This document shows positions 13,901-27,779 of a stretch of 64,000 nucleotides of DNA, in pieces. The translations under genes and the position numbers were made by a program. How positions within the stretch are numbered: the first letter of the stretch is position 1; every line of letters begins with the position of its first letter. The notes beneath the pieces are model-generated. The model did not search any database, was not told the DNA's origin, and saw nothing but the letters and a program-made list of their open reading frames with translations. Source of the stretch: Octopus sinensis (lineage: Eukaryota); assembly GCF_006345805.1 (NCBI RefSeq), contig NC_043004.1:25792001-25856000 (forward strand). The letters are read 5' to 3'.

Positions 13901-15099
13901 GACTAGCCAGTTCGTTTTTGTCAATGTCCAAACTATATACAAAATATGAAGACCCAGTTTTTCTGATCCAAAAAGTAAGAGGAAATTAAAGTGCAATTTG
14001 GAATAAATAAGTGTGTAGTACTAATTATGAAGAGAGGCTGGAAGATAAACTCTGTGATGGCATAAAATTACCACAAGACATATATACACATATACAGAGT
14101 GTGGACAGTATTTGCTCACAATTTTCAAGTGTTAGTTTTATACTTTTTTTTTTCTGTTGCTGATCTTTTTCTTCTTAAAAACAATAACTATTTTTGCTTT
14201 ACTTTTTTTGTATAATAATTGACTATGGAAAATTTTGAAACTTTTCCCCAATTTGTGGAAAAGGCATGGAATCCTCTTTGGAATCCACACCAGAATGACA
14301 AACAATACATACACACACATACATACATACAAACATACTCTTTCCTTTTTTTGGATTAACAATACAACCAATGGTTTCACGTGGAAAGAAATTCCACATG
14401 AAACCATTGGTAGCATGACTTTCAAGCCATACCACCACCTTATAATACATTATAAGCTGATAGAAGATTTAGCTCTTACACAACATAATTATGTTGTTAC
14501 CTCTTTCACTCTCATTAACTGTTATTACTATATTCTCTGCTCCTCTGAACTTATTTAATACATTGTTTAATTGACTGTTACACTATGGTTTGACCAACCT
14601 CAATTTACATACAAACACAAACACCATCAGACACATACATGTGCAAGCATATATTCGTAGAAACATACATGAACACATACAAACATACATGCACACACAT
14701 AAACACTATCAAGTATACACACGTGCAATACATATATATATATATATATACATGTTCATGCACATACACAAGTCACAAGTCCATGCACAAACATACAAAC
14801 ACACACATACATACTCACATAAATGCACCATCAGATACACGCACATGCAGGCATGTTTCAATCCTAGAAGCACCCAACCACAGTCCTGTTATGTTGCCAC
14901 ACCCTAAGCCCAACCCTTTCTCTTCTCCCCATTTTCTATTTTCCCCAACACTAAGTTGTTCCCACCATTCATTACACTAAATGTTGTCCATTCCTTACAC
15001 TGGAACTTATGAAGTACACCATTCCTATTTCAACAATTCTACACTCAGTCCTATTCATTATAAAACTAAAAAAAAAAAAGAGGGGAGGGGGTCAGTTAC

Positions 15100-15126
15100 T
15101 GGCCCCTCTTCTTCTCTCATTGACTT
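15100..15126 (-). CDS. TRAF7: Candidate 27-nt TRAF7 microexon (KSMREEEGP)
   Basis: Pyrimidine tract TATTTCTTTCCTCTTTCAG and donor GTAACT; phase 0/0. It joins in frame to the RING exon and resembles the recalled human LPEEEEEP just before EPLVF. Confidence 0.62.
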
Positions 15127-15772
15127 CTGAAAGAGGAAAGAAATACAGGTGAAAACTATCAGAAACAATGTAGACACACAGACAGACAAGATGAAGTAAC
15201 TGGTCTGTTTATATCTAGTAAATAGCTCATCAACAGAACTAGTGAGAAAAATAAAAACATTTATCAATTCAATAGGATGAGTTATTTTGGTAAGTACAGT
15301 ACTACTGATTGTTCACCTACTAATAAGACATCTACCAGTCACATTCAGTGTAAAAACAGAACAAACACAACAACAACAGTAGTAGTTCTCTGGCTAGCAA
15401 GCAGCCGAACTAGATTACTGAGAATCTCGTTACCTCAATCTTCCAGTAGGACATTCGATGGTAATGGTTCACATTTTCCAGTCATAACAGAATCCTTGGA
15501 AACTTATGGAACGTTCCTTTGGTTTGTTTATCGAAAGATGATTCAGTAGAGTTCACTTCAGAGTCCAAAGACATACTGAACAAAACTGCTGTAGTGTGAT
15601 GGAATTAGCTATCTCCTCTAGGCCCACCCATCTCCCTGGGGGCCCAAATAATGTGAAAGATGATAGATGATAACAGATGGGGGAGACAGGTAGAGATACA
15701 CAGCACTGGTGATGGTGGTGGTAGTGTATTGAAGTCTACCAAGACTAGTGAGTAATGCTATTATGTTAAATG

Positions 15773-15821
<49 letters not shown>

Positions 15822-16549
15822 CTAAATATACAAGCGAGTTTAAGCAACTAATAGACAGACCTACATAAATGACATGCTTCTTAGCATCAAACATTAGTGG
15901 TGGTAGTAGTGAAGATAGTAGTAGTGGTGGTGGTGGTAGAAGCACTGCTGTATTTTGTATCAAGTTACCAACATTGATATATTTGAGTGTGTATGGGGTG
16001 CAGGTATAGGCAATATAGGTTTACATGAGGAAATATGAGAAATGGTGGGGGTAGGAGATGGAAAAGAGAGGAAAATGAAAATTGGTGGAGATGGGAAGAA
16101 TGGGAGATTAAGGGTGAAAAGATGAAAGAGAAGACAAAGGGAGGAAGATGAGAAATAGGAAAGATGGGTGGAAGGAACAAAAGACGGCTGAAGAAGTAGA
16201 GCTGGAGGGTGGTGAAAGAGAGAGGGGATAAAGAAATAGCATGGATGAGAAAAGTTAAAGAAAAAGACAAAGAGAACTGAGGAAGAGAAAAAGACAATAA
16301 AGAAAGGGAGGGAGAGAGAGAATGATTTCTCTATTAGGAATATAGAATACAGTAAAAGATAAAAGGATTGAAGACAATATATCAGTGGTACATAGTGAAA
16401 CTGGAGGCAGAAGGCGAAAAAATAGGAAATTAATCCTGATTAGCTGAGTGTGGTTAATACATGGTTGTATATCTACCTCTCTTTTAATTATCTTTGAAAA
16501 TAATGAAGAATTTAGTAAAATAACTTTGTCATTATTTAGCTAGAGTTTA

Positions 16550-16765
16550 AGGTTGACAGAATCATTAGCACACTGGACAAAATGCTCTGGAGTATTTCGT
16601 CTGCCTTTATGTTCTGAGTTCAAATTCCACCAAGGTCAACTTTGATTTTTGTCCTTTGGGGGTTGATAAAATATAAGTACCAGTTGATCACTAGGGTTGA
16701 TGTAATCAACTAACCTTCTCCCTTGAAATTCCTGGCCTTGTACAAACATTTGAAACCATTATTTA
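16550..16765 (+). mobile_element. tRNA-headed SINE (family 1)
   Basis: Reverse complement of the 672-887 family; B-box GAGTTCAAATTCC. Confidence 0.75.
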
Positions 16766-17286
16766 GATAGAGTTTGGAGTATGAATTAATACGAAATTTT
16801 GATGAAAGATTTTAATTCTGATCACTTTAAAACAGGTTGTTTGTATCACGGATCAAAGGAATAATCTTTTTGATACTAGACCAGCTGATGATGATGATGC
16901 ACATCTGTAGGTCAATATAGATGTTGTTAATAGATGTTATAGACGTGGTTAAAAAACATGTTGTACACTTTGAACATCTGTAAATCAATGTCTGCAAGGA
17001 ATGTGGATACTAGGTGTTTAATCCAGAGAAATACAGATCCCTAAAAGAATGAGTGTATAATACTCTATCTTCATAAATATTTATTCACTTAATGTCTTTT
17101 TTATGTAATAACTGTTTATAGACTGTCACCAATTACTGACAGAAACCATTACAAATTACTAAGACACCATTACTAATTACTAATGTAGACTTTCTTCAAT
17201 CTTCTCTGCTTTTTCCTGAAATAAGTGTAAATGCTGGTGAGTGGAAGGTGTATGCAACTGGTTCAGATGAACAGAAGCTGTCATAG

Positions 17287-18514
17287 TATGAGGGGTTCCT
17301 GAAAAGTTCCTGGCTTAAAGGGTAGATTTGTTACCATTACAGGGGTGGTAGGACAACTATTTAGGAGAAGATATGCAAAAAGTCATGATGGCATACAATA
17401 TATCTATCTCCGTTTTGCAGATTTAATGTATGATGGCAGCGCCTACAGTGGATTTTGGTAAAACTGAAGCACAGACGGTCATGAAGTTTCTCTTTTTGCA
17501 AGGCAAAGGAACGGTGGAAATCCACAGCAAGATGAAGGAAGTTTTGAATGATGACTGCCCATGTGTCAAAGTTTCAGACTAGTCATTTTGAGGTTACAGA
17601 TAAACCCCAGTCAGGATGGTCAACTTTCGTGACCACAGAGAACACAGCTGACACTGTACACATCATGATTCTCAAGGTCTGTCAGATTTCAGCTAAAAGT
17701 AGGCTACACCATCCACAACATTCTGGACATGAGAAAGCTTTCTGCAAAATGGGTGCTGAAATGCTTGAATGTAGATCAAAAGCATATTAGAGTGATGATA
17801 TCAATAGCAATTTTGAACCGGTTTGCCAGTGGGAGAGGCTGATTTTATGGCTTGTTTAGTCATGGATGAAACTTGGTTTCACCATTATGATCCTTAGACC
17901 AAGCAGCAATCAATGGTAAGGCACCAGAGCAGTTCACAACATTTCAAGAAGTTTCGGACCCAAAAGCCAGCTGGAAAGATTCTGGTTTCAGTGTTCTCAG
18001 ATAAAGATGCAGTACTCCTCATAAAATACCTGCCTAAGGGGAGTGTCATCAATGCAGACTACTACATATCCTTGTGTGATGAACTGCATGAAGCTTTAAA
18101 GCAGAAATGTGGTGGAAAGCTGAGCTGTGGGTGTCCCGTTTTTGCAGGACAATGTACCAGCACACACAGCACATGAAACTCTAAGGAAAATATGTGATTT
18201 TGGCTTTGAATTGGTAGACCACCCACCTTACTCTCCTGATTTCACCCCCTCTGACTATCAACCTCTTTCCACAACTGAAGAAACATCTTAAGGGAATGAA
18301 ATTTCACTCTAATTCAGAAGTGATTGCTGGTATAGAGGCTTTGCTGGAGGCTTGAACTTCCAACTTCTTTTTTTACAGGGCTTAGAAAAACTGAAGGACC
18401 ACTGCAATAAGTATTTGAATCTGTGAAGGGAATATGTTGAATAAAATCATAATTAACTGATCCTCCTGTATATTCTCTTACCCAAAGCCAGGAACTTTTC
18501 AGCATCCCTTTGTA
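17287..18514 (+). mobile_element. Full-length mariner (DD34D) element with decayed transposase
   Basis: TA ends. TIRs TGAGGGGTTCCTGAAAAGTTCCTGGCTT / AAGCCAGGAACTTTTCAGCATCCCTTTG. MDETW, QDN and HPPYSPDFTPSDY motifs are broken across frames. Confidence 0.9.
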
Positions 18515-18662
18515 GCATAAAAAGAGATGGCTCATCTGTGGTTGTAATATTTTAGTGAGGTTAGTGAAAATAAGCTGAATTGCCTTACTTTGAACATAGT
18601 TTATGGTGTAGTGACACCACCAGTTCACATCTTTGAGCACTACTCCAAAATCCCCTTCTCTT

Positions 18663-18736
<74 letters not shown>

Positions 18737-18913
18737 CACATGTGTGTGTGTAGCATCACCATTTTACATCTGCTTCCCATGCTAGCATGAGTGGAATGGA
18801 TTATCAGGGTCTGCATCAGTTCTTATTGGGTTCTGTGGATGTCCTAGACAGGTTGTCAGGTGACATCTCAAGCATTCTTTTGGCTGGGTTTCTACACTTT
18901 ACTTTACAGAGTG

Positions 18914-20207
18914 TATGAGTTGGTATCAAAAAGTTCCTGAACTAGTTATATTTAATAAAAAATAACTTAATTACCTATGTTTTAACATCAACTCCTTTGA
19001 AATAGTCACCTTGCATAGCAATCCACTGGTCTCAGCAGTCCTGCCACCCTTTGAAATCTGGCCAGGAAGTTATTTTCCATAAGTGAGTCAAGGACCTTCT
19101 GAATCTCTTTGGATCTCAACGATTGTGTTAAAATGGCAACCTTTGAGCTGCCTTTTCACCTTGGGAAAGAGATGGAAGGCCACAAGTGCTAAATCTGGTG
19201 AATAGGGCAGGTGTGGAAGTGATACCATGTTGTTTTAGGTGAGAAACTCACAAATGAGGAGAGCTCAGTGACAGGGTGCAATGTTATCGTGAAGAATCTA
19301 ATTCTTTGTGCTCCACAGATCTGATTGCTTTCACTGAATATCCTCCCTCAAACACTTCAAAACATTGCAGTAGAACTCTCAGCTGATGGTCTGGCTCTGG
19401 GAGATGAATTCTTGATGCACAAGACCACAGATGTTGAAAAAAACAAATGATTAGTATTTTCTTGATTGAGCTGTGGCTCTGTCGTGCCTTCCTTGGTCAT
19501 GGAGATGAAGGGCTTCATCTCAGGGTCATACCCAAGACAAAACTCTCATCAATGGTGAAGATCCTTGGCATGAAGGATCGGTCATCAGCAGCACACTGAC
19601 TGAGATCTTGACAGACTTTGATGCGATGTTCTTTCTGCTCAGTGGTTAGCAGATGAGCAACAAACTTGGCAGAGACATCCTGCATGTTCAATTCAGATGT
19701 TACGCTCACCTTCATCGACCCATACAACAGATCAACAACAACAGCAATGTTGCTGATTGTCCTCTGACGGTTCTCATGCACAAGCTGATGAATTTTCTCC
19801 ACATTTCCAGGTCTGACACTTGTGGCAGATCTTCCAGATCACTCATCGCCTTCCAGAGACATTCTTCTGCTTTTGAAGTGCACATACATCTCAAAAGCTT
19901 GCAGACGACCCACTGCCTTGCTGTCATAAGCTTGCCAAAGCATGCCCAATGTATTTGAAGCAGACTTCCCAAGTTTAACACAAAATTTCACACTGACTCT
20001 TTGTTCCTATCCATGACAAAATTGCAGACTACAGCATACATGTCACAAAAACACAAAATTCCCAACTTGCAAAGTAAACACAGCAACGTCTCTTGGCACA
20101 TTGCTTCATGAAAGTCATTGCTAGCTCTCACTGCACATGCAACTGTGTGCTACCATATGTTGGTGCACTACCAGACAAGTCCGGGAACTTTTTGATACCA
20201 CTTTGTA
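18914..20207 (-). mobile_element. Second full-length mariner of a different family, decayed
   Basis: TA ends. TIRs TGAGTTGGTATCAAAAAGTTCCTGAACT / AGTCCGGGAACTTTTTGATACCACTTTG. ORF 19515-19802 has VSAKFVAHLLTTEQKEHR...IFTIDES. Confidence 0.9.
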
Positions 20208-21379
20208 TAAGATTTTTTTCATGGCACCAACACTAAAGAGGTTGTCTTGTCCTCATTGCAGTGCAGTTGTTCACTGAAGGTGATTTGACCAGGAAGGTGA
20301 ATAACAGATAAAGCAATGAAAGGAGAAAAACCAGGATGGGTGGGTGAAGTCATGAGAGAGAGAGAGAGAGAAAGAGGGAAAGAGAGAAAGAAAGAGAAAG
20401 ATGTGTGCATGCCTATTACATAACACACACAGAGGTTTGAGAGAGCAAACAACAGAAACAGAACTCAATAAATGAATATATAATTTGATTTTTTTTTAAA
20501 GCAGCAAAAAGTTACACGACTGACTCAAATGTTGAAAGTTTCACACATGGCACTTATCAAATTTATCAAAGTTTGATATCACTTTGAATCACTTTTGTAA
20601 TTCTCTGTTGTTTAAAATATGTGTGTGTGTACATATACACATCACTTGTGCTATTTACTGACACAAGACCCACCTACTTTCTATCCCCCACCACCATCAT
20701 CTTCATCACTCAACCTCACCTGTCTCAACCTATCTCTACTTCTATGTGTAAGAGACTACAATAGACCAGTTGTAACCAGTACACTCTACTCTGTTTATTA
20801 TCTGCTACCCCCACCCATACTGTCAGTCATCATCCCATTCACCTTGTCAGCCATCACATCCTTGTTTCTCTCCTCCCACATCCCCTGGCTCACTTTGCCT
20901 TCTATCACCACTCTATCCTCTTATTCATGGTGCCTTGAATAGATGTACCTATTTCAGAATATTGAATACCACTATTGCTCTTCCTTCTATCACTCATCCC
21001 TCTAATCACTCATGCTCCTATCATTCATTCCTCTTTTAATCATTTCTCTATTGATCCCATTGTATTTGACTGTTAGCAAATATTAGGAAGACTGGATCTC
21101 TCCTCTTCACCATAGTATATTCTCAAAGTAAGTAGGGATGCCTCTGAACCTATTAGGCTTCTCATCTTTCCAACATCCTATCCCACCTTATCCAAACCCT
21201 CTCTCACATCCAGAGGCATATCAACTACAACCTCTCCTATACTTACTCCCACTCCTTTCATATTACCTGATATTGATATCGATCATCCTTTCCCTGTTTC
21301 TACCTTATTCCTGCCCTAGCCTTATCACCATAAGTCAACAAGCACTTTAGAAAACTTTTGGGGCTCAAAAAACTTCAGG

Positions 21380-21710
21380 GTGTATGGCAACCCTACTATT
21401 GTTGTTGGCATTATAAATCTACCCACAATGCTCTCTAAAGTGGTTGAAGAACAAGCAGAGATGATGAGGGAGTATCAAGAAGACCCTTTAGCCCTGTCAA
21501 GGACATGACGCCATCTCTAGTGCTGGTGCCATGAGAAAATGCAGGCAGTATACTCTGTAAGATGGATGCTGTTAGAAAGAACATCTATCCACAGAAAGTG
21601 TACCAAGAATCTAAGATGAGCTGCAACTTCAAATAATTGCTAACACAGGTTGTAGCAACCTGTCCAGCCCATGCCAGCAAGGAAAGAAAGCATAAAACAA
21701 AGATGATGAC
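21380..21710 (+). mobile_element. Decayed SINE carrying the RTE 3' tail
   Basis: Ends in the RTE tail ...CCAGCCCATGCCAGCAAGGAA...GATGATGA. Confidence 0.55.
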
Positions 21711-22812
21711 ATTATATATATAATACAAAGAGACACAATGACTATAACACAACTTTAAAACTAATAATAAAGTTGTGCTAAAGTCATTCATTCTTCATCT
21801 TACTTGTATGATATGTTAGTCTTTGTAAGACTTACTGATTTTACCAGTGATGTATCTGGAATTTCTACACCAGTGGACTTTCAATTTCTCTCAAAGTTGC
21901 AATATGAGAGTTTAGTTAGCCAGAACTTTGGGTTAAGTGATGCACTGGAAATACATGATTTTCTACCTTGTATTTTCTATGTACACACACACATACACAC
22001 ACAGACATGCTCCACTGTATGTATGTATCTACATACTTATATATGCATGTATGTATGTATCTCTGTATGTACTTATGTATGTATGTCGTTATTCAGTTTT
22101 ATTTCAAGATTTCTTGCCAATAGAGAAAGAGCCAGTTTCTAACCTAGATCCAAGGCTCCTTCATTAGAATTTCAACATCAACAACAGGATATTTTTGTAT
22201 GTATGTATGTATACATGCAGATTTGTATGTTTTGTTTTATGCATAGAGGGGATGGTCATGACTGTAATGCTTTTAGAACTGCTTGGTAATGATAGACTTG
22301 GGGTTAAACAATAACTGTCATACTGCTTCCCATACCACCACATGTTACAATATGATTTCAACACTGCCACACTATATCTTGTACTTCAATGTTACAGCAT
22401 GGCCCTCATATAGTATGTTATGCAAAGTTTGTTCTGGAATCCACACACTCCATCATAAATCTGATCACAAACATATCTATACCATCATAAATGTATATGT
22501 ACTATCACAAACATATCTATAGTACCATAAATATAAGCGGCTCTCATTTAAATAGCTACACACACCACAGAAAAACAAAACCCCTTGGAGAGTGTTGAGG
22601 TGAAATGATGCAATAGAAATTGATAGTGTTAAACTACCAAGTCAATGATCATGGGTTCAAATCCAATGTATTTAATAACAGTGCAGAAAAGAGAAGAACT
22701 GTAAAGAGGTAACTGAAGAGGATATAGAGACTGTTTTGACTAGAATTACAAAGTGGTAGTAAGGGAGGGGGGCAAAGAGATTAGTAGCAAAAAAATAATA
22801 AAGATTTTAAAA

Positions 22813-22956
22813 TATTAGGTTGTCCCAAAAGTTCGTAAACACTTGCGAAAATTGAATTTTTACTTGCCATTACTAACAAAAACAACAAAAATTATTCCTC
22901 AAAATAAAGACCATTATTTTCCAAGACTTTCTATGAACTTTTGGGACAACCTTATA
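22813..22956. mobile_element. Mariner-like MITE (144 bp)
   Basis: TA ends. TIRs TTAGGTTGTCCCAAAAGTTC / GAACTTTTGGGACAACCTTA, reminiscent of MADE1-type ends. Lies about 160 bp downstream of candidate exon B. Confidence 0.85.
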
Positions 22957-23114
22957 TATACAAAAAAACAAACAAGAAATTAAAACATAAAATAAGAAAA
23001 GAGAGGAGGAGAGGTCTTGTGAGAAAGGAAATATTTTTAAAATGCAATACATCAGGGTAGTAAGGCTTTGGGAGCACAACAAAACAATACAAGTATTGAA
23101 GAGTTCATAGTTAC

Positions 23115-23203
23115 CACATTGTATTCACTGTTATCTGATAATGAAAACAGTGAGCTGTTGGATGCTGCATTAGTAGGGTCTGCTAGGCTGTGGTTGTCTT
23201 CAT
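23115..23203 (-). CDS. TRAF7: Candidate TRAF7 N-terminal exon B ((D)EDNHSLADPTNAASNSSLFSLSDNSEYNV)
   Basis: Long pyrimidine tract ending CATCAG and donor GTAACT. 89 nt, phase 1 to 0, stop-free, non-repetitive, and compatible with both flanking predicted exons. Confidence 0.62.
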
Positions 23204-24568
23204 CTGATGACAAGAAAAAACAGAAAATAAAAGAACAAAACTTAGATACTAAAATCAATTAATAATTTCCATATCAATACTTTACAAATATGGGGTGGGG
23301 GTTATATTTTTCAAGATGATACTCAATAAGGAAGAAACATCTGGAAAGTTGTTCCCCATACAGAAAAATACAGAAAACAAATTATATTAGTATTACTTCT
23401 TCACTCCCCTTAATTTGACATCCTATTTTCAATGTTTCAATAATTTTTTATGTTCCACTCAACTGGTATTATCTTGGTATCTCATAACTATTTAATTTTT
23501 AATCAATTTTGTTTCTTTACACCTACAAATATACATTTTAAGTAAGCATGCCAGATACTTATGAGCAATTTGGCCCGTTCAGAGAAAGCTACACTTCTGC
23601 TAAACCTCACTCTAGTAGTCCTGTATAGTGGCTGATTAAATAAAATTCCTTAGCCATGATCACTAATATATCACCAAATATCTGATCTAACTTTTGACTT
23701 CATAATGTTCCATACATTCAAATATCTGCCATTCAACTATCAAACTAAGGCCAGACTCTTCAAGACATTGTCTCAGTGTGCAGTGGTGAAGGATGGTGTG
23801 CAGTGGAGAATAGAGGTTGAGATACTGTCTCAGTGTGCTGTGGAAAAGGATGGAGGTCAAAACAGTATCTCAGTGTGCAATGGGTAAGGACAGTAGAAAG
23901 GGACAGAGGCAAGAAACAAGGATAACTAAGGGGTTGTGGTGGGGTTATGTTAGTCTGATACAGGGGTGGAGGAAACTAACATGACACAGCTCAATGTATG
24001 CGAAATAGGGTTGCTCTATGGTGACATCATATCATTAAAGATAGTGAATGGGTGGGTCATTGTTATTGGTTAATTTCAAGTGAACAATGATTGAACAGAC
24101 ATAAGGTTATAGCCATTCCAGTTGTGACCATCATGTGAAAAGAATCCAGAGCCATATTATTCAAATTGTTTCTTTTTTATGAAGATGATGGGGTGAAATC
24201 TGAGGGAGATTTGGTACTTACTTCTATTAGGTCCCTTGTCATGGCTACTGATAGCCATGACAAGGGAGGATTAAAAAAAAAAGTAGAAAAGTAACAGAAC
24301 AAAATAAGGCAAAGAGCGATGGTGGTAGTAGTGGTGGTGGAGGGTATAAGAAAGAAGAGAAATGTAGAAGGTAACATTAGAGAAGGGTGTTGTAAGATGA
24401 TGCTAGTAATAGAGGAGGCTGTACTTACCTGTGACCTTGAGTTTAGGGGCCAGGAATGAACTACTACTGGTAATACTGGCTGCTTCAGACTGGGACAGCT
24501 AGTGAAAAGCAGAGAAAATAACATTACTTGTGTGTATGTGCATGCATATGTATGTGTGTGTATGTATG

Positions 24569-24606
<38 letters not shown>

Positions 24607-24989
24607 TGTATTAATATACATACACACACTCACATATATGCAGAAAGGGAGAGAAAGGTACACACACCTGCACACCTCCATATACATATATACATGTATA
24701 TAGACAGTCAGACAAACAGACATATGGACAGATAAAAAAAATTCAGGCTAATTAAAAATTTAATTTTTTTTTTTTAATATTTCAAATCAAACCATGTTTC
24801 AATTGGTTTGATCTCCCATCACCAGCATTGTTGTCAAAGATTTTATTACAGATAATTCAATTTATTTTTTTTAATCAAGCAAATCATTCTGACCACATTC
24901 ATTTCTAACACTTTATGTAAAACTCTGTATCAACTGATCGATCAGCAAGCTTGGTTAGACTGATGAGGTCAAGAAGCATACCCATAGTT

Positions 24990-25295
24990 GTCCTCCCTTG
25001 ACTGTAAACAAATCTCAAACTGTCTATTCCGATTTGGCAAGGTTTCTACAACTGGATGACCTTTCTAATACCAACCACTCCAAGAGTGTTGTGGGTGCTT
25101 TTTACGTTCTACCAGCATGGGTGCCAGTAAGAGACACTGGCATCAGTCATGACTGCAATTTCATTTGGTTTCACAGGTTTTCTTAAGCATGGTATATTGC
25201 CAAAGGTTTTGATCACTTGTCCCTGCCTCTGTGAGTCCCAAAGTTCGGAGGGTCCTTTTTATGTCCCATTGGCCCAGGTGCCAGTTACGTGATAC
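24990..25295 (-). mobile_element. RTE 3' UTR/tail fragment
   Basis: TTTCTACAACTGGATGACCTTTCTAATACCAACCACTCC motif shared with the 43025-43300 tail. Confidence 0.7.
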
Positions 25296-25309
25296 TGGTA
25301 TCAGCCACA

Positions 25310-25620
25310 GAAAGAACCCCCTGTACAGATAATTGTATAGTATGTAGGATGAACCCAGAGGTTAACTGTAAGATTAAGAATGTAGTCTATAGCATACAAT
25401 GTACTGAGGGACAGTGCAGAAACAGGACAACAACATACATTGGAGAAACAACACATAGCATAGGGAAGTAGAAAGGTGAACACTGGTGGGAGCTCCAGGA
25501 GGAGAAATGCTTGTCAGTGCTCTACCAACATGCTCCATTAAATAACGTAGAGGTTTGGTTAATAACATAGATGTTAAGATATTAACAACACACAGAACAG
25601 ACACAACACTTAGATAGTAA
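25310..25620 (+). mobile_element. Penelope-like element, GIY-YIG endonuclease remnant
   Basis: CIVC...KNVVYSIQCTEGQC...TYIGET, a GIY-YIG with CCHH-type cysteines. Confidence 0.7.
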
Positions 25621-26131
25621 TTGCAGAATGAGTCTCAACAGAAACCATGAATGGAACAGTAACACCTCTCCACTACATTACGCAGTATGATAACTAAAGA
25701 CAGAATGAGAGAAGAAGAAAAAGACACAGATATAGAGAATATATGTAAACACATATGCACACACTCAAGACACACATACTTAAGACAAAATGAGAAAAAA
25801 AAGTAAATATATGAATTAAAAAAATCAACTAAATAAAAGACAGTGTTGTAAACAAACCAATATACATGCGCACAAAACAAACATACTAAACACACACACA
25901 CATAGATGCAAATGTATGTGCAGATATGGATACACACCACAGAAAGACAGAATGGACTAAACAGAACAGGAGGAGACATGTGAGATGGAGAGGTTGATGA
26001 AGAGGTTACAGGATGTGTGACAAAAGATTTCCAGACGAAGAACAGTAAAATATGAATAATAATAAAGCTGAAGTGAAGAACAAGTATATAGTGCTTGTGG
26101 TTATTTGGCAATATAAAAAAAATTACCCAGT

Positions 26132-26519
26132 AGTGGCTGTGTGGTAAGAAGCTTGATTCCTGACCACATGGTTCCGGGTTCAGTCCCACTGCGTGGCACC
26201 TTGGGCAAGTGTCTTCTACTATAGCCTCGGGCTGACCAAAGCCTTGTGAGTGGATTTGGTAGGTGGAAACTGAAAGAAGCCCGTCGTATATATGTATATA
26301 TGTGTGTGTGTGTGATTGTGCGTCTGTGTTTGTCCCCCTAGCATTGCTTGAAAACCGATGCTGGTGTGTTTATATCCCCATTACTTAGCGGTTCAGCAAA
26401 AGAGACCGATAGAATAAGTACTGGGCTTACAAAAGAATAAGCCCCGGGGTCGAGTTGCTCGATTAAAGGTGGTGCTCCAGCATGGCCGCAGTCAAATGAC
26501 TGAAACAAGTAAAAGAGTA
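26132..26519 (+). mobile_element. tRNA-headed SINE (family 2), near full length
   Basis: Head GTGGCTGTGTGGTAAG...GGTTCAGTCCC, internal microsatellite and tail ...GAAACAAGTAAAAGAGT. An inverted near-identical copy lies at 32240-32612. Confidence 0.88.
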
Positions 26520-26639
26520 TCCCCAAATATAACAATATCTGTGTCAACATACAATTTTACATAAAAAATCTTGCAAAAGATACACACAATATATATATAC
26601 ACAATATATATATATATATATATATATCCATGTGAAATC

Positions 26640-26960
26640 ATGTGGCTTAGTGATTAGGGTATTCGGCTCATGATTGTAAAGTTGTGAGTTCAATTACCAG
26701 CTGCATATTGTGTCCTTGAGCAACACACTTTATTTCACATTGCATCAGTCCACTCAGCTGATAAAAATGAGTTGTACTTGTAACTCAAAGGGCCAGCCTT
26801 ATATTCTGTGTCATAGTGAATGTTTCTGAGAACTATATTAAGGGTATGCATGCTGTGGAGTGCTCAGCCACTTGCATTTTAATTTCATGAGCAGGATGTT
26901 CCGTTCATTGGATCAACTGAGAAACTCCATGTTGTAACCAACAGAGTAGCAGCATATGTA
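26640..26960 (+). mobile_element. tRNA-headed SINE (family 3)
   Basis: Head TGTGGCTTAGTG...GTGAGTTCAATT and core TGTCCTTGAGCAACACACTT...CAGTCCACTCAGCTG. The 3' half is shared with 37850-38228. Confidence 0.78.
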
Positions 26961-27477
26961 GACATATACATTATACTTGTTATCATTATCATCATCATTT
27001 TAGCTATTTCCATAATGGAAAGTCTGTCATGGTCAAAATCAACAAAACAGAGGACCACGTTTTGCTCTAACACTTCGTTTTGAACATGGTTTCTACACTT
27101 GGTCATTAGCACTTTTACAGAGAGTACAGGCTTTACTTTACTGTGATACCAGTAGCAGTGAAATTGTCATATCCTCAATGTGACAAGGATTATGGTATCT
27201 CCTGACACTATGCTTTCTCCATTAGTTAGCTAACAACTTTACTGTGAAAGCAAAATATACTCATTCATTCAAAGCAATATGGCCAACATGGAAACACAGA
27301 GAGAAGAGAGAAAGGTGGAGGAGAGAGAAAATAGAGGGAGAGGGAGAGAGAGAGAAGAGAGAGCTTTCTCAGGCTAAAGGGCTAAAGTGATTGAACTTGA
27401 TCACATTGTACGATTAGAAAATCATTATGCACATTCATGGTTGTATTTACACACACATGTAAGCATATTTGTGAGAC

Positions 27478-27487
27478 AGATAGATAG

Positions 27488-27518
<31 letters not shown>

Positions 27519-27525
27519 TAGACAA

Positions 27526-27605
<80 letters not shown>

Positions 27606-27625
27606 TGTGTGTGTGTGTGTGTGTA
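27478..27625. repeat. Compound (GATA)n/(GACA)n/(GA)n/(GT)n microsatellite, representative of dozens of (TA)n, (CA)n, (CAT)n and (AAT)n tracts
   Basis: Seen directly. Confidence 0.95.
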
Positions 27626-27779
27626 AAGATATATCAAACCACATATCCATAATCAAGTTGTTGGGAAAAAACTTTTCCCACCTGTTGCATGCAGCTGTTA
27701 CATACATACACACATAGATGAGTTCAGATATGAGGAATCATTTACTTTTTCCAGTTTGTATTCATTCATTGCTAATAGG

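Noticed and set aside
25622-25650. Hammerhead-like remnant downstream of the GIY-YIG fragment
   Set aside because: The core (CAGAATGA...GAAAC) and stems are too degenerate to support.
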